Shown in pieces: positions 27,277-36,304 of a DNA stretch of 50,108 nt. Source of the stretch: Deltaproteobacteria bacterium (lineage in GTDB: Bacteria > Bdellovibrionota > FAC87 > UBA2466); the NCBI GenBank assembly GCA_043776735.1, contig JAYVQZ010000444.1, positions 1 through 50,108 on the forward strand, read 5' to 3'. Position numbers and translations under genes: made by a program. The first letter of the stretch is position 1. Each line of letters starts with the position of its first letter. The notes beneath the pieces are model-generated. The model did no database searches and had not been told where the DNA came from. It saw only the letters and a list, made by a program, of their open reading frames with translations.

Positions 27277-28185
27277 ATGAAATCCACTCCCTTTGCCTTG
27301 CTGGCGGCTGGTCTTCTCTCCCTTACCCTACTGGGCTTGCCGACCGATTTCGATAAGGAATGGGACTCTGTGCCACCCGATGCCAGTGAGAGTGCCACCA
27401 CTCCCTTGGAGGCGCGAAGGTTGAGCTCGCTGAACGGGGTTCTTTCAAAGGCAACACATGAGAAAAAACCTAAGATTTTCCGAATTATGCTCGATCCTGG
27501 CCACGGGGGAAAAGACTTGGGTACGCGCGGTCCCAACGGATATCTGGAAAAAAACTTATGTCTCTGGCTGGCTCGTCTTGTAAAAAATAGCACCCAAGTG
27601 CTTTTTGAAAATAAAGCGGTCCCCATTGAGATCGTGATGACCCGGGATGGTGATAGTTTTATTCCGTTACGAGAGCGAACCCGAAAAGCCAATTCGCTGG
27701 AGGCCGATCTTTTCATTAGCCTTCACGCTAACTCTGAGCCAAGCCTTACTGCCCGGGGTTTTGAAGTTTATTTTACTAGTCCAGAGAGCACCGATCGCCG
27801 CGCAAACCGTTTGGCGCTATTGGAAAACAGCGAACGTTCCGGGGAGAAGCTGCCTAGCACGCCGGTTTTGAGAATGTTGGCTGACAGTCAAAATGCTGTG
27901 GTGACTGGAGAGAGTTCGCGGTTTGCTGAAGTCATGTTTGAGTCCTTATCGTCTTACCTGGAATCAAGTGTCCGTGCGGTTCGGCAGGCGCCGTTTTCTG
28001 TACTTTCTCATACGGTAATGCCTTCCCTTCTGGTTGAGGTGGGGTACTTAAGTCACGCCAAGGATGCAAAAAGGCTGCAAAATCCTCGCTACCTTAAGAA
28101 GGTGGCCAGTGCTATAAGCCAAGGCATTCTCGACTATGCCACCCGTCAAAACGGGAAACGCCAAAAGAACGACAGAGTTCATTAG
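27277..28185 (+). CDS. N-acetylmuramoyl-L-alanine amidase (Amidase_3, AmiC-like)
   Basis: Signal peptide. Zn ligand motifs IMLDPGHGGKDLGT, ADLFISLHANS, LLVEVGYLSH. No SD seen before the ATG. Confidence 0.85.
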   Translation: MKSTPFALLAAGLLSLTLLGLPTDFDKEWDSVPPDASESATTPLEARRLSSLNGVLSKATHEKKPKIFRIMLDPGHGGKDLGTRGPNGYLEKNLCLWLARLVKNSTQVLFENKAVPIEIVMTRDGDSFIPLRERTRKANSLEADLFISLHANSEPSLTARGFEVYFTSPESTDRRANRLALLENSERSGEKLPSTPVLRMLADSQNAVVTGESSRFAEVMFESLSSYLESSVRAVRQAPFSVLSHTVMPSLLVEVGYLSHAKDAKRLQNPRYLKKVASAISQGILDYATRQNGKRQKNDRVH

Positions 28186-28196
28186 TAGGAGTTAGT

Positions 28197-28919
28197 GTGG
28201 ATAAAGTTAGACGACTCGACGGCCGTTCCGCTGGAGAGCTTCGCCCCGTGAGAATCACTCCCCACTTTTTGTCTCACCCGGCAGGATCTTGTTTAATTGA
28301 AATCGGTGGGACACGTGTGGTTTGCAGCACCATGGTGGAAGATACGGTGCCGCACTTTCTAAAGAATCAGGGCAAGGGTTGGCTAACCGCTGAGTACTCT
28401 ATGCTGCCCGCGTCCTCTTCTCAGCGCGTAAATCGAGAACGAACTAAAATGGGTGGGCGTACCCAGGAAATCCAGCGACTGATCGGCCGTTCTTTGCGCA
28501 CGGCAGTCGATCTCTCTGCCATCGGAGAACGCACAATTCTCATTGACTGCGATGTTTTAGATGCCGATGGCGGGACGCGAACTGCTGCTATTACCGGAGC
28601 CTATGTCTCATTGGTTCTAGCTATGCGAAAACTCGAGGGAAAAAATCCTAAGTTTCGTGGCGCGATTAAAACAGAGGTTGCGGCCATTTCTGTTGGGATT
28701 GTTCACGGAGTCCTTTGTCTCGATCTTCCCTACGAGGAAGACAAGGTGGCTGAAGTAGACATGAATATCGTTAAGACTAGTCAAAACCAGTATATTGAAA
28801 TTCAAGGAACAGCGGAAGCGGCAGCCTTTGGTCGTGAAGCTATGAATCAGATGTTGGATCTTGCCGACGCTGGAATAAACCAACTTTTTCAGGCCCAGAA
28901 AAAAGCCCTCGAGTCTTAA
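28197..28919 (+). CDS. rph: Ribonuclease PH
   Basis: RLDGRSAGELRPVRIT, GSCLIEIGGTRVVC, GRTQEIQRLIGRSLR, DCDVLDADGGTRTA. GTG start with AGGAG. Confidence 0.95.
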   Translation: MDKVRRLDGRSAGELRPVRITPHFLSHPAGSCLIEIGGTRVVCSTMVEDTVPHFLKNQGKGWLTAEYSMLPASSSQRVNRERTKMGGRTQEIQRLIGRSLRTAVDLSAIGERTILIDCDVLDADGGTRTAAITGAYVSLVLAMRKLEGKNPKFRGAIKTEVAAISVGIVHGVLCLDLPYEEDKVAEVDMNIVKTSQNQYIEIQGTAEAAAFGREAMNQMLDLADAGINQLFQAQKKALES

Positions 28920-28922
28920 CCG

Positions 28923-29540
28923 ATGCGGTCCCTTTTTTTAGCTACCACCAATTTGGGAAAAATTGCTGAGCTCCAGGATGCCTTGTCGGGCTGGACGATA
29001 TTGCATCCGATGAAACCTGAGTTTGGTCTTCAAAGGCCTCCCGAAGTTGTCGAAGACGGAACCACCTATTACGAAAATGCTCTCAAAAAAGCCGTCCGTT
29101 TTTACGAAGCTTATCGCCAACCGGTTCTCTCAGATGATTCCGGACTCGAAGTAAAAGCGCTGTCTGGCGCGCCTGGTGTGTTTTCGGCCAGGTATGGAGG
29201 ATCACAAATCAGTTGGGCTGAGAGGTGGGAATACCTGTGGAAGAATTTACGGGGAACTCCCCAGTCGGAATGGTCTGCCCAGTTTCGCTCGGTGCTCTGT
29301 TACTTCGACGGAGCTTCCGCACCAGTCTTTTTTGAGGGAACGGTTCAAGGCACTATTCTACCTACCGCCCGGGGTGGCGAAGGGTTTGGGTATGATCCAA
29401 TCTTCTTTTGCCCCGCTTTAGGAAAATCATTTGGTGAGGTGGCCAACGGTGAGAAGAATAAGCTTTCTCACCGAGCCAGTGCCACGCAGCTTTTCGTAAA
29501 GTGGCGGGAATCTCTTGACCACCCCCCCTCACGACGGTAA
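28923..29540 (+). CDS. rdgB: dITP/XTP pyrophosphatase (Ham1/RdgB family)
   Basis: LATTNLGKIAEL, DDSGLEVKAL.GAPGV.SARY, GFGYDPIF, KNKLSHRA. Classical rph-rdgB pair. Confidence 0.9.
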   Translation: MRSLFLATTNLGKIAELQDALSGWTILHPMKPEFGLQRPPEVVEDGTTYYENALKKAVRFYEAYRQPVLSDDSGLEVKALSGAPGVFSARYGGSQISWAERWEYLWKNLRGTPQSEWSAQFRSVLCYFDGASAPVFFEGTVQGTILPTARGGEGFGYDPIFFCPALGKSFGEVANGEKNKLSHRASATQLFVKWRESLDHPPSRR

Positions 29541-29581
29541 GCCTTTCATCCTTATATCGACGCTAAAGTTTTTACGCTTAT

Positions 29582-29654
29582 GCCCAGGTAGCTCAGTCGG
29601 TAGAGCAGAGGATTGAAAATCCTCGTGTGGGGGGTTCGATTCCCTCCCTGGGCA
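29582..29654 (+). tRNA. tRNA-Phe (GAA)
   Basis: Acceptor GCCCAGG/CCTGGGC, D-arm GCTCAGTCGGTAGAGC, anticodon stem GAGGA/TCCTC with loop TTGAAAA, T-arm GGGGG-TTCGATT-CCCTC. Confidence 0.9.
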
Positions 29655-29733
29655 TTTTTTAATATTAAGCGTAATATCAAACCCTCGATTGATTCCTAAT
29701 TTCCATCCGGCTTTTTGCCGCTATATTCCGCTG

Positions 29734-30090
29734 ATGATTCTAAATCACTTTCTCATTGCTCTCGTCGCCGCCCTTCACCTTTATTTCCTAATCCTAGAGA
29801 TGTTTCTTTGGACTTCCCCCAGAGGACTTAAGACTTTTAAAATGACGCATGCTCAGGCCAAGGACCGGGCTGTACTGGCAGCAAATCAGGGACTCTATAA
29901 TGGCTTTCTAGCTGCGGGACTAGTCTGGGCGATAGTCCACCCGGATGTTTTGATCGGACGGCAGCTCGCCGTCTTTTTCCTAAATTGTGTACTCGTGGCA
30001 GCCCTCTACGGCGCCTACTCGGTAGGGCGAGGGATTTTATTCATTCAGGGGTTACCGGCTCTAATTGCGCTGATAGTGACGCTTTATTAA
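29734..30090 (+). CDS. DUF1304 family small membrane protein
   Basis: MILNHFLIALVAALHLYFLILEMFLWTSPRGLKTF...LAANQGLYNGFLAAGL is the typical DUF1304 core. 4 TMs. I use ATG 29734; the track ORF starts at 29689. Confidence 0.7.
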   Translation: MILNHFLIALVAALHLYFLILEMFLWTSPRGLKTFKMTHAQAKDRAVLAANQGLYNGFLAAGLVWAIVHPDVLIGRQLAVFFLNCVLVAALYGAYSVGRGILFIQGLPALIALIVTLY

Positions 30091-31094
30091 AAGGTTTCGT
30101 CGAAGCTGACTACCGACGAAGCGTTTCCAAAACCCTTTTGGTACTCCGTCACCCGCTTCTCAAAGAAGTTGGTGAGCGGCTGCACATCTTGCAACACCAT
30201 GAAGGGGAAAGGATTGCGGGTATTAAATCGCTTCTTATAGCCGAGCTGCAGGTACCGTTGATCGGCCACGTACTGAAGGTATTCCTTCATCATCTTTGGC
30301 GACATTCCACTGATACCCAAACTCAGCACATCTTCGCAAAAAGCCAGTTCCACGCTTAGGGCCTCTTCGATCATGCTGTCTACGTGCTGTTCTAATGAGG
30401 CATCAAAGAGCTGCGGGTATTCTTTGCGGATGACGGCAATTGCCTGCATCGCAGCTTCAATGTGCATGGTCTCATCACGAAATACCCAGTTTGTGGCTGT
30501 TGCTAGCCCTGGGAGCAGCCCCTTGTTTCTTAGGAAGTAGACGTAAGCAAAAGAACCAAAGAAGAAGAGCCCTTCAACACACGCGGCAAAGCAGATCAAA
30601 TTCTCAACAAACCGCCGCCGTTTGTCATCGGTATCGAGTTTATCCAGCTGTTCGATTGAATCCATGTACTTAAAGCAAAAGTCAGCCTTGAGTTTCACAG
30701 AAGGAATGGTCTGATAGGCATCAAAAGCCTCCGCCCGATCGGCGTGATCCGGCAGGTAGTTGTCTACCAACAGAAGGTAGGTCTCTACATGCAACATCTC
30801 ATCGAACAGTTGCTTGCCCAGGAACATACGGAATTCAGGGCTATTGATGTGCTTATAAAAATTTAACACCAAGTTATGTGCCACGAGATTGTCTGCTGTA
30901 GCAAAAAAAGCGACCAAACGCTTGATCAGGTGCGATTCGCGAGGATCTAACTTGTCGCGAAGGTGCTCATAGTCGACAGAGAAATCCAATTCGTCGGTGG
31001 TCCAAATGTTTTTGAGTGAGTCCTTATACAGTTGGAAAAACTGCGGATACTGCATAGGCCGTAGTGTCAGATTCAATTTGTGGCTAAGTATCAT
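30087..31094 (-). CDS. nrdB: Class Ia ribonucleotide reductase beta subunit
   Basis: Di-iron and radical motifs (FFATADNLVAHNL, DEMLHVETY, EGLFFFGSFAYVYF, RDETMH), C-terminal tail. Directly after nrdA. Confidence 0.9.
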   Translation of the reverse strand: MILSHKLNLTLRPMQYPQFFQLYKDSLKNIWTTDELDFSVDYEHLRDKLDPRESHLIKRLVAFFATADNLVAHNLVLNFYKHINSPEFRMFLGKQLFDEMLHVETYLLLVDNYLPDHADRAEAFDAYQTIPSVKLKADFCFKYMDSIEQLDKLDTDDKRRRFVENLICFAACVEGLFFFGSFAYVYFLRNKGLLPGLATATNWVFRDETMHIEAAMQAIAVIRKEYPQLFDASLEQHVDSMIEEALSVELAFCEDVLSLGISGMSPKMMKEYLQYVADQRYLQLGYKKRFNTRNPFPFMVLQDVQPLTNFFEKRVTEYQKGFGNASSVVSFDETF

Positions 31095-31103
31095 GTTCGG
31101 CTC

Positions 31104-33434
31104 CTATTGGCAGACTTCGCAAGTCTCAGGATTTTCCAGGGAACAGGCGATGACCGCCTCAGCACTCACTTCAGGTGACGGCGCGTTTTGTACCGTGGTT
31201 TTGCCAATCGAAGTTTTGGCTCGTGACCGTAGGTAATACGTCGTCTTGATCCCTTGCTTCCAGGCGTACATATACATGGAAGAGAGCTTTCCCAAAGTTG
31301 GGTTTTCTTGGAATAGGTTAAGCGATTGCGACTGACAAATAAAGGTAGAGCGCATTGCCGCCATATCGATAATGGATTTTTGCGGAATCTCCCAAACAGT
31401 CTTGTAGAGATCTTTGATCTCCGAAGAGAGCTCTGCAATGTTTTGGATAGAACCTTCTGATTCGATGATCTTCGTGCGCATCGCTGGGCTCCAGGCGCCA
31501 AGCCGCTTGAGATCGTGAATGAGGTACCGATTCACTTGCAGAAATTCGCCAGAAAGCGTCTCCCTCTTAAAGAAGTTGGAGATCTGTGGCTCAATGCTTT
31601 CAAAGCAGCCACTGATGCTGGCGATCGTTGCTGTGGGGGCAATGGCAATCAGCAGACTGTTTCGAAGGCCGTTCTGCCTTACCTGGTTTGCCATGTCTTC
31701 CCAGTCGTAATGGAACTCGGGCATCGCTTGCCCACCTTCTTTGGCGAGCTGAATTTGCAAATTACCGTCCGCATAGCGGGAGTCTTTGAAGTTGGGGAAG
31801 CTGCCCTCTTCTTTAGCTAGGCGCATGCTGGTGGTGAGAGCCTGATAGTAGATCTCTTCAGCGATACGGGAGGACAAGGCTTGGGCCTTGGCCGAATCAA
31901 AAGGAAGGCGCATCTTAAAAAAAGTGTCCTGAAGTCCCATGACTCCCAGCCCCACAGGCCGCCACCGTTTATTAGAATTCTCTGCCTCTCGAATCGGATA
32001 GAAGTTGATGTCCACCACGCGATCTAAGAAAGTGACGGCTCGGTCGACCACTTTGCGCATGCGCTCAAAGTTAAAATCGCCGCCACCCTCAACAAAGCTG
32101 CCGAGGTTTAGGCTGCCCAAGTTACAAACGGCCACCTCTTCAGCGGAAGTGACTTCAAGAATTTCAGTGCACAAGTTGGAGCTGTGGATCACATTGCCCG
32201 GCTTAGCTGTTTGTGCTGAACGGAGATTGGCTCGGTCTTTAAAGCAGATCCAGCCATTGCCGGTTTCTGCCAAGGTGGTCATCATTCGCGCATAGAGCGC
32301 GCGGGCTGAAACCTTCTTACGGCCTTTTCCAGCCTCCTCAGCGGAAGTGTAAACCAGCTCAAATTCCGCACCAAAAGTGTTCATTAACTCCGGAACGTCC
32401 TTGGGAGAGAAAAGGGTCCACTCCGCATCAGTATCAACCCGTTTCATGAAAAGATCAGGAATCCATAGCGCCAAGTTCAAATTATGAGTGCGTCGTTCTT
32501 CTGAGCCGGTATTCGTGCGAAGCTCTAGAAACACCTCAATGTCAGAATGCCAGGGCTCAAGATAGACCGCGGCAGCGCCTTTACGCTTCCCCCCCTGATT
32601 TACGGCATGAACCGAGGAGTCATAAACCTTCAAAAAAGGAACAATTCCGTTACTTAACCCGTTGGTACCTTTGATGAGCGTTCCCGACGAACGGACTGGC
32701 GTCCAAGAGATCCCTAGTCCTCCCGACCATTTTGAAAGCTGAGCAGAGTCCGTTATGGATTTATAAATGCCTTCAAGGCTGTCATCGGCGACTGTTAACA
32801 GATAGCAGCTGCTCATCTGAGGGTGACGGGTGCCCGAGTTAAACAGCGTTGGGGTGGCCGGCATGTAAAGAAATTGGCTGATGTTGTCGTAAAACTCGAT
32901 GGCCTCGGCAATGTTTTTAGAGAGTCCTAACGCAACGCGCATAAACATCCACTGCGGACGCTCGACCAACTTGCGACTTTGCGGATGACGCAACAGGTAA
33001 CGGTCTACAACGGTCTTCAAACCAAAGTATTCAAACAGATCATCGCGCTCATGACGGATGGCAAATTCAATCGTTTGTATGTCTGTCTGCGCCAGTGCCA
33101 TAAGGCTGTCACTTATTACGCCTAATTCAGCAGCATTCTTAATATAATCGCGGAATGCCAAGTCTCGGCCGACTTCTTTGCGGATGTTTTCCGAGAGCAT
33201 GCGCGCAGCAACTTTAGAATAGTTAGGCTCGTCTACCATCAGCATCACTGCAGTAGCGATGGATAGATTATCGAGTTCTTCAGTAGTACTCCCGTCGTGG
33301 AGGCCAGCGATGGTTCGCTTGGCAATTTCAAGCCCCTCAACGTCCCCAATACCTCGGCAAGCGCGATTCACGGCATGAAGGATCTTTTCAATTTTTACTT
33401 CTTCACGGGTACCATCACGTTTAATGACATGCAT
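31104..33434 (-). CDS. nrdA: Class I ribonucleotide reductase alpha subunit with N-terminal ATP-cone
   Basis: ATP-cone MHVIKRDGTREEVKIEKI. Catalytic motifs SSCYL, NLCTEI, PTATIS, C-terminal CxxC tail (CSLENPETCEVCQ). Confidence 0.95.
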   Translation of the reverse strand: MHVIKRDGTREEVKIEKILHAVNRACRGIGDVEGLEIAKRTIAGLHDGSTTEELDNLSIATAVMLMVDEPNYSKVAARMLSENIRKEVGRDLAFRDYIKNAAELGVISDSLMALAQTDIQTIEFAIRHERDDLFEYFGLKTVVDRYLLRHPQSRKLVERPQWMFMRVALGLSKNIAEAIEFYDNISQFLYMPATPTLFNSGTRHPQMSSCYLLTVADDSLEGIYKSITDSAQLSKWSGGLGISWTPVRSSGTLIKGTNGLSNGIVPFLKVYDSSVHAVNQGGKRKGAAAVYLEPWHSDIEVFLELRTNTGSEERRTHNLNLALWIPDLFMKRVDTDAEWTLFSPKDVPELMNTFGAEFELVYTSAEEAGKGRKKVSARALYARMMTTLAETGNGWICFKDRANLRSAQTAKPGNVIHSSNLCTEILEVTSAEEVAVCNLGSLNLGSFVEGGGDFNFERMRKVVDRAVTFLDRVVDINFYPIREAENSNKRWRPVGLGVMGLQDTFFKMRLPFDSAKAQALSSRIAEEIYYQALTTSMRLAKEEGSFPNFKDSRYADGNLQIQLAKEGGQAMPEFHYDWEDMANQVRQNGLRNSLLIAIAPTATIASISGCFESIEPQISNFFKRETLSGEFLQVNRYLIHDLKRLGAWSPAMRTKIIESEGSIQNIAELSSEIKDLYKTVWEIPQKSIIDMAAMRSTFICQSQSLNLFQENPTLGKLSSMYMYAWKQGIKTTYYLRSRAKTSIGKTTVQNAPSPEVSAEAVIACSLENPETCEVCQ

Positions 33435-33622
33435 TTTGCTTCGACCTTTACAGACATTAGAGAATAAGAGCCTATACTAGTTGCTGCGCCGCAGCATTAG
33501 TTTGGTGCCCCTTCTCGTTTTTTGGGACCTTCACTGTGGCGAGTGGAAAACGTGCTGAGTTTCGCGAAAAAAAGCTCTTAAAGCCTCTCTCCCACTGCGT
33601 ACAAACAAATTCCTAATAATGA

Positions 33623-33651
33623 AGTTAAACTCTCGGATAAAATCTCGTCAA
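33623..33651 (-). promoter_or_regulatory. Candidate sigma-70 promoter for nrdAB (TTGACG-N17-TTAACT)
   Basis: Minus-strand TTGACG (33651-33646), 17-nt spacer, TTAACT (33628-33623). It would give a leader of about 180 nt. By-eye match only. Confidence 0.3.
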
Positions 33652-33756
33652 CTTGGTTTGGTTTTTTTTGAATTTTTAATAAGAATCGAATCGAGATTTT
33701 GGCAATAAGAAACTTTCACGCTCTGCGCCTTATCGTCGATAGAAAAGATTCTGTCG

Positions 33757-34125
33757 TCAGCCAACCATCGATCCACCCATCTGTCCCCCCCCCAGAAGAT
33801 GAAGGTGCAGATGAAAGATTGTCTGGCAGGCATGGTCGCCGCTGTTAAACACAGTGCGAAATCCCGATCCTGCAATTCCTAACTGAGCGGCGATTAACTG
33901 AACCGCCTGAAAGAGATCGGCAAAAACCGAGAGGTCGAACGTAGAAACATCGAGCACATCGACTACGTGTTTCTTAGGGACAATGAGCACATGAACGGGT
34001 GCCTGCGGGCTAATGTCATAGAAGGCAAAAACCTTTTCATTTTCAAAAACCTTTTTAGAGGGGAGTGTTCCCTGAATAATCTTACAGAAGATGCACTCTT
34101 TACCTTTAAGCCGCGGCTCATTCAT
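33757..34125 (-). CDS. HIT-family nucleotide hydrolase (HinT-like)
   Basis: CIFCKII, PQAPVHVLIVPKKH, histidine triad HLHLHLLGG. Confidence 0.9.
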   Translation of the reverse strand: MNEPRLKGKECIFCKIIQGTLPSKKVFENEKVFAFYDISPQAPVHVLIVPKKHVVDVLDVSTFDLSVFADLFQAVQLIAAQLGIAGSGFRTVFNSGDHACQTIFHLHLHLLGGGQMGGSMVG

Positions 34126-34198
34126 GATCGAGATCCTCCAAAAAAGCTAACCTAAACTTTTTTGCCTTTGTTTACCATCTCTTGATAACGTAGCCGGT

Positions 34199-34768
34199 AT
34201 GCCTTGGGAAACGGAACTTTCCAACACACTCAAAAAACTCGCTCCTGTAGAAGCCCAAGAGGGTTTCGATCAGAGCGCCGTCCTTGTGCCCATTGCCTTC
34301 AATCCGCAAAGTCAGTGCTACGAAATATTACTCACCAAAAGAACCCTCCTAGTGGAAACCCACAAAGGACAGGTCAGTTTTCCTGGCGGCTATTTGGAGC
34401 CGACCGATGGAAGTCTTGTGAACGCGGCAACGAGAGAGGCGCACGAAGAGATTGGTCTGCACCCCAGTTTTGTTACCATTTTAGGCGCATTAACCCCGGT
34501 CCAAACCAGATTTTCCGTTGCCATTTTCCCTTATGTGGGACGCCTTGATCTTCCCTACCCTTTTTTGTTAAACCAAGCGGAGGTGGAAAAGATGGTGTCC
34601 CTTCCCGTCTCTGTTTTGCTCGAAAAAGGGCTTGAGCAGATTAGCGTCGACATGGGGGGAGTTAAAATAAGAAGCACAGGCATTTGGGTGGAGGATGAAC
34701 TCATTTGGGGAGCCACCGCAAAAATTCTCGAAGAGCTAAGAGTGTTGTTATTGCCTCTTAAGTTTTAA
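34199..34768 (+). CDS. NUDIX hydrolase, CoA pyrophosphatase-like
   Basis: Nudix box GQVSFPGGYLEPTDGSLVNAATREAHEEIGL, preceded by the LLTKR motif typical of the NudL/CoA pyrophosphatase subgroup. Confidence 0.8.
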   Translation: MPWETELSNTLKKLAPVEAQEGFDQSAVLVPIAFNPQSQCYEILLTKRTLLVETHKGQVSFPGGYLEPTDGSLVNAATREAHEEIGLHPSFVTILGALTPVQTRFSVAIFPYVGRLDLPYPFLLNQAEVEKMVSLPVSVLLEKGLEQISVDMGGVKIRSTGIWVEDELIWGATAKILEELRVLLLPLKF

Positions 34769-35366
34769 GAGGTTCCTGTCCTTTTTTTCCTTTGCCGACG
34801 AAAAAAGTTTCTCGACTATGCTTTCGGGTGGACTCAGGGCGAATAATGCGCACGAGCGAAAACATTTTCTTCACTTCGCGGTGGTACTCCTCAAACGATT
34901 CGCCCATAAAGATCTTAGTTACAAAGTTTCCGCCAACCCTCAGGTGCTCTCGGGCCACGTTGAGTGCCATCATGCAAAGTTCGAACGATAGGTAAACATC
35001 ACTGCCATGAATCCCAGAGGTCTTAGGAGCCATGTCGGAGATGACAAGGTCAGCCTGTTTTCCCCCCATTGCCGCCGTAAAATCAAAGTCGTTGATGTCA
35101 GCCTGAACAAACGTCAGTCGCTTATCTTGAACTTGGATCTCAGAGAGATCGATTGCCAAGATTTCACAGGCTTGAACTTTCTGAAGACAGAACTGTGTCC
35201 AAGAGCCAGGCGCGGCTCCTAGATCGATGATCCTTTTTACGCCTTTAAAAAGCGGTTCACGGCGATCAATCTCTTCAAGCTTATAAACAGACCGGGCTTC
35301 ATAGTTTTCCTTGCGCGCCTTTTTGGTAAAAGGATCGTCATTCCAATGGCGCGGTTTTTTGCTCAT
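34758..35366 (-). CDS. rlmE: 23S rRNA (uridine2552-2'-O)-methyltransferase
   Basis: ARSVYKLEEIDRR, SAM motif IIDLGAAPGSWTQ, DLVISDMAP, K-D-K-E fold order. Confidence 0.9.
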   Translation of the reverse strand: MSKKPRHWNDDPFTKKARKENYEARSVYKLEEIDRREPLFKGVKRIIDLGAAPGSWTQFCLQKVQACEILAIDLSEIQVQDKRLTFVQADINDFDFTAAMGGKQADLVISDMAPKTSGIHGSDVYLSFELCMMALNVAREHLRVGGNFVTKIFMGESFEEYHREVKKMFSLVRIIRPESTRKHSRETFFVGKGKKGQEPLKT

Positions 35367-36189
35367 TCTTTTTTCCTTCCCAGTACTTCTTAATCGACAA
35401 CCGACTCATCGAGAGGTGGCAAAGCGAGAAATCATATCGGACGGGATCCTCAGGGGAGATTTTTCTTAACTCGGCGGTAGCGGCTTCGGCTACTTTCCAG
35501 TTCGCCACTTTAGATTTTGTCCAGCGCAGATCCCGAAGCACCTTCAACAAATGAGTATCCACAGGCAGTAACAGAGTGTCAGGGTTTACTTTCATCCAGA
35601 GCCCTAAATCAATTCCATCGTCGCGGCGAACCATCCAGCGCATAAAGAGATTCATCCGCTTGCACGCACTCCCCCTGGAGGGATGAGGCATTAAATAGCG
35701 TAAACTCCGGGCGCGGCGCTTTTCGATTTCGGAAATTTCGGGGGAGACAGGCACAGCAAAAAAGCGATCGATGAAGCTAGAAAGCATCACTTCCATTCGA
35801 CCCTCTCTAGCGCCGTCTAAATAAAAGTCCTCGAGCGTTTCAAATCGTTCGTAAATCGACCTCAAGCGCGCAAAGATTACCCAAATGTCCTCCCCGGTAG
35901 TAAAACGATGGCGAAAAAAGGGCAAAGGGTTTTGAGAAAAACCTTTTCGAATCAGTGCTTTGGGTTCCGTTCCCAGAGGATGGGCTGCTTTGTAAATGCT
36001 TCCTAAGATGGTCGTAACGTTGCCATAGGCCAAAATCGAAGAGAGAAGAGCCACTACTTCTTGATCGCCTGGCTTGGAAAAACGGTGAACATGATAGACC
36101 GGGTCTTTTTCCAAGTGGAATTGAGAATGAAACTCCTCATAAGCAGTTCTAAAAAGGGCAAAGATTTCATGGGGAGGAGTTTTTTTCAC
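35338..36189 (-). CDS. DUF2400/TIGR02757-family protein (uncharacterised, HhH-GPD-like)
   Basis: KDPVYHVHRF...DQEVVALLSSILAYGNV and LLLPVDTHLLKVLRDL resemble the family as I remember it. GTG start. Its 3' end overlaps the rlmE start by 29 nt. Confidence 0.55.
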   Translation of the reverse strand: MKKTPPHEIFALFRTAYEEFHSQFHLEKDPVYHVHRFSKPGDQEVVALLSSILAYGNVTTILGSIYKAAHPLGTEPKALIRKGFSQNPLPFFRHRFTTGEDIWVIFARLRSIYERFETLEDFYLDGAREGRMEVMLSSFIDRFFAVPVSPEISEIEKRRARSLRYLMPHPSRGSACKRMNLFMRWMVRRDDGIDLGLWMKVNPDTLLLPVDTHLLKVLRDLRWTKSKVANWKVAEAATAELRKISPEDPVRYDFSLCHLSMSRLSIKKYWEGKKNEQKTAPLE

Positions 36190-36304
36190 CTAGCGTGGTT
36201 AACACGAAAACAGGCAAGGAGGAACCCAAAGGGGTGCGGTTTCTTACCAAATCACACAGAGCCGACGCTTGCCGAGCAACGCCCTCGCTTCTAGAGTGAC
36301 CGGC

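Noticed and set aside
29582-30090. tRNA-Phe as a genomic-island integration site
   Set aside because: There is no integrase, no direct repeat of the tRNA 3' end and no compositional break. The downstream genes (DUF1304, nrdBA) are ordinary chromosomal genes.
33435-33651. Cobalamin riboswitch or NrdR boxes in the nrdA leader
   Set aside because: Only a GCCACAG fragment resembles the B12 core, and no GGGAA or GGTGAAA elements are present. No palindromic ACACnATATnTnGTGT-type boxes were seen. I kept only the generic long-leader observation.
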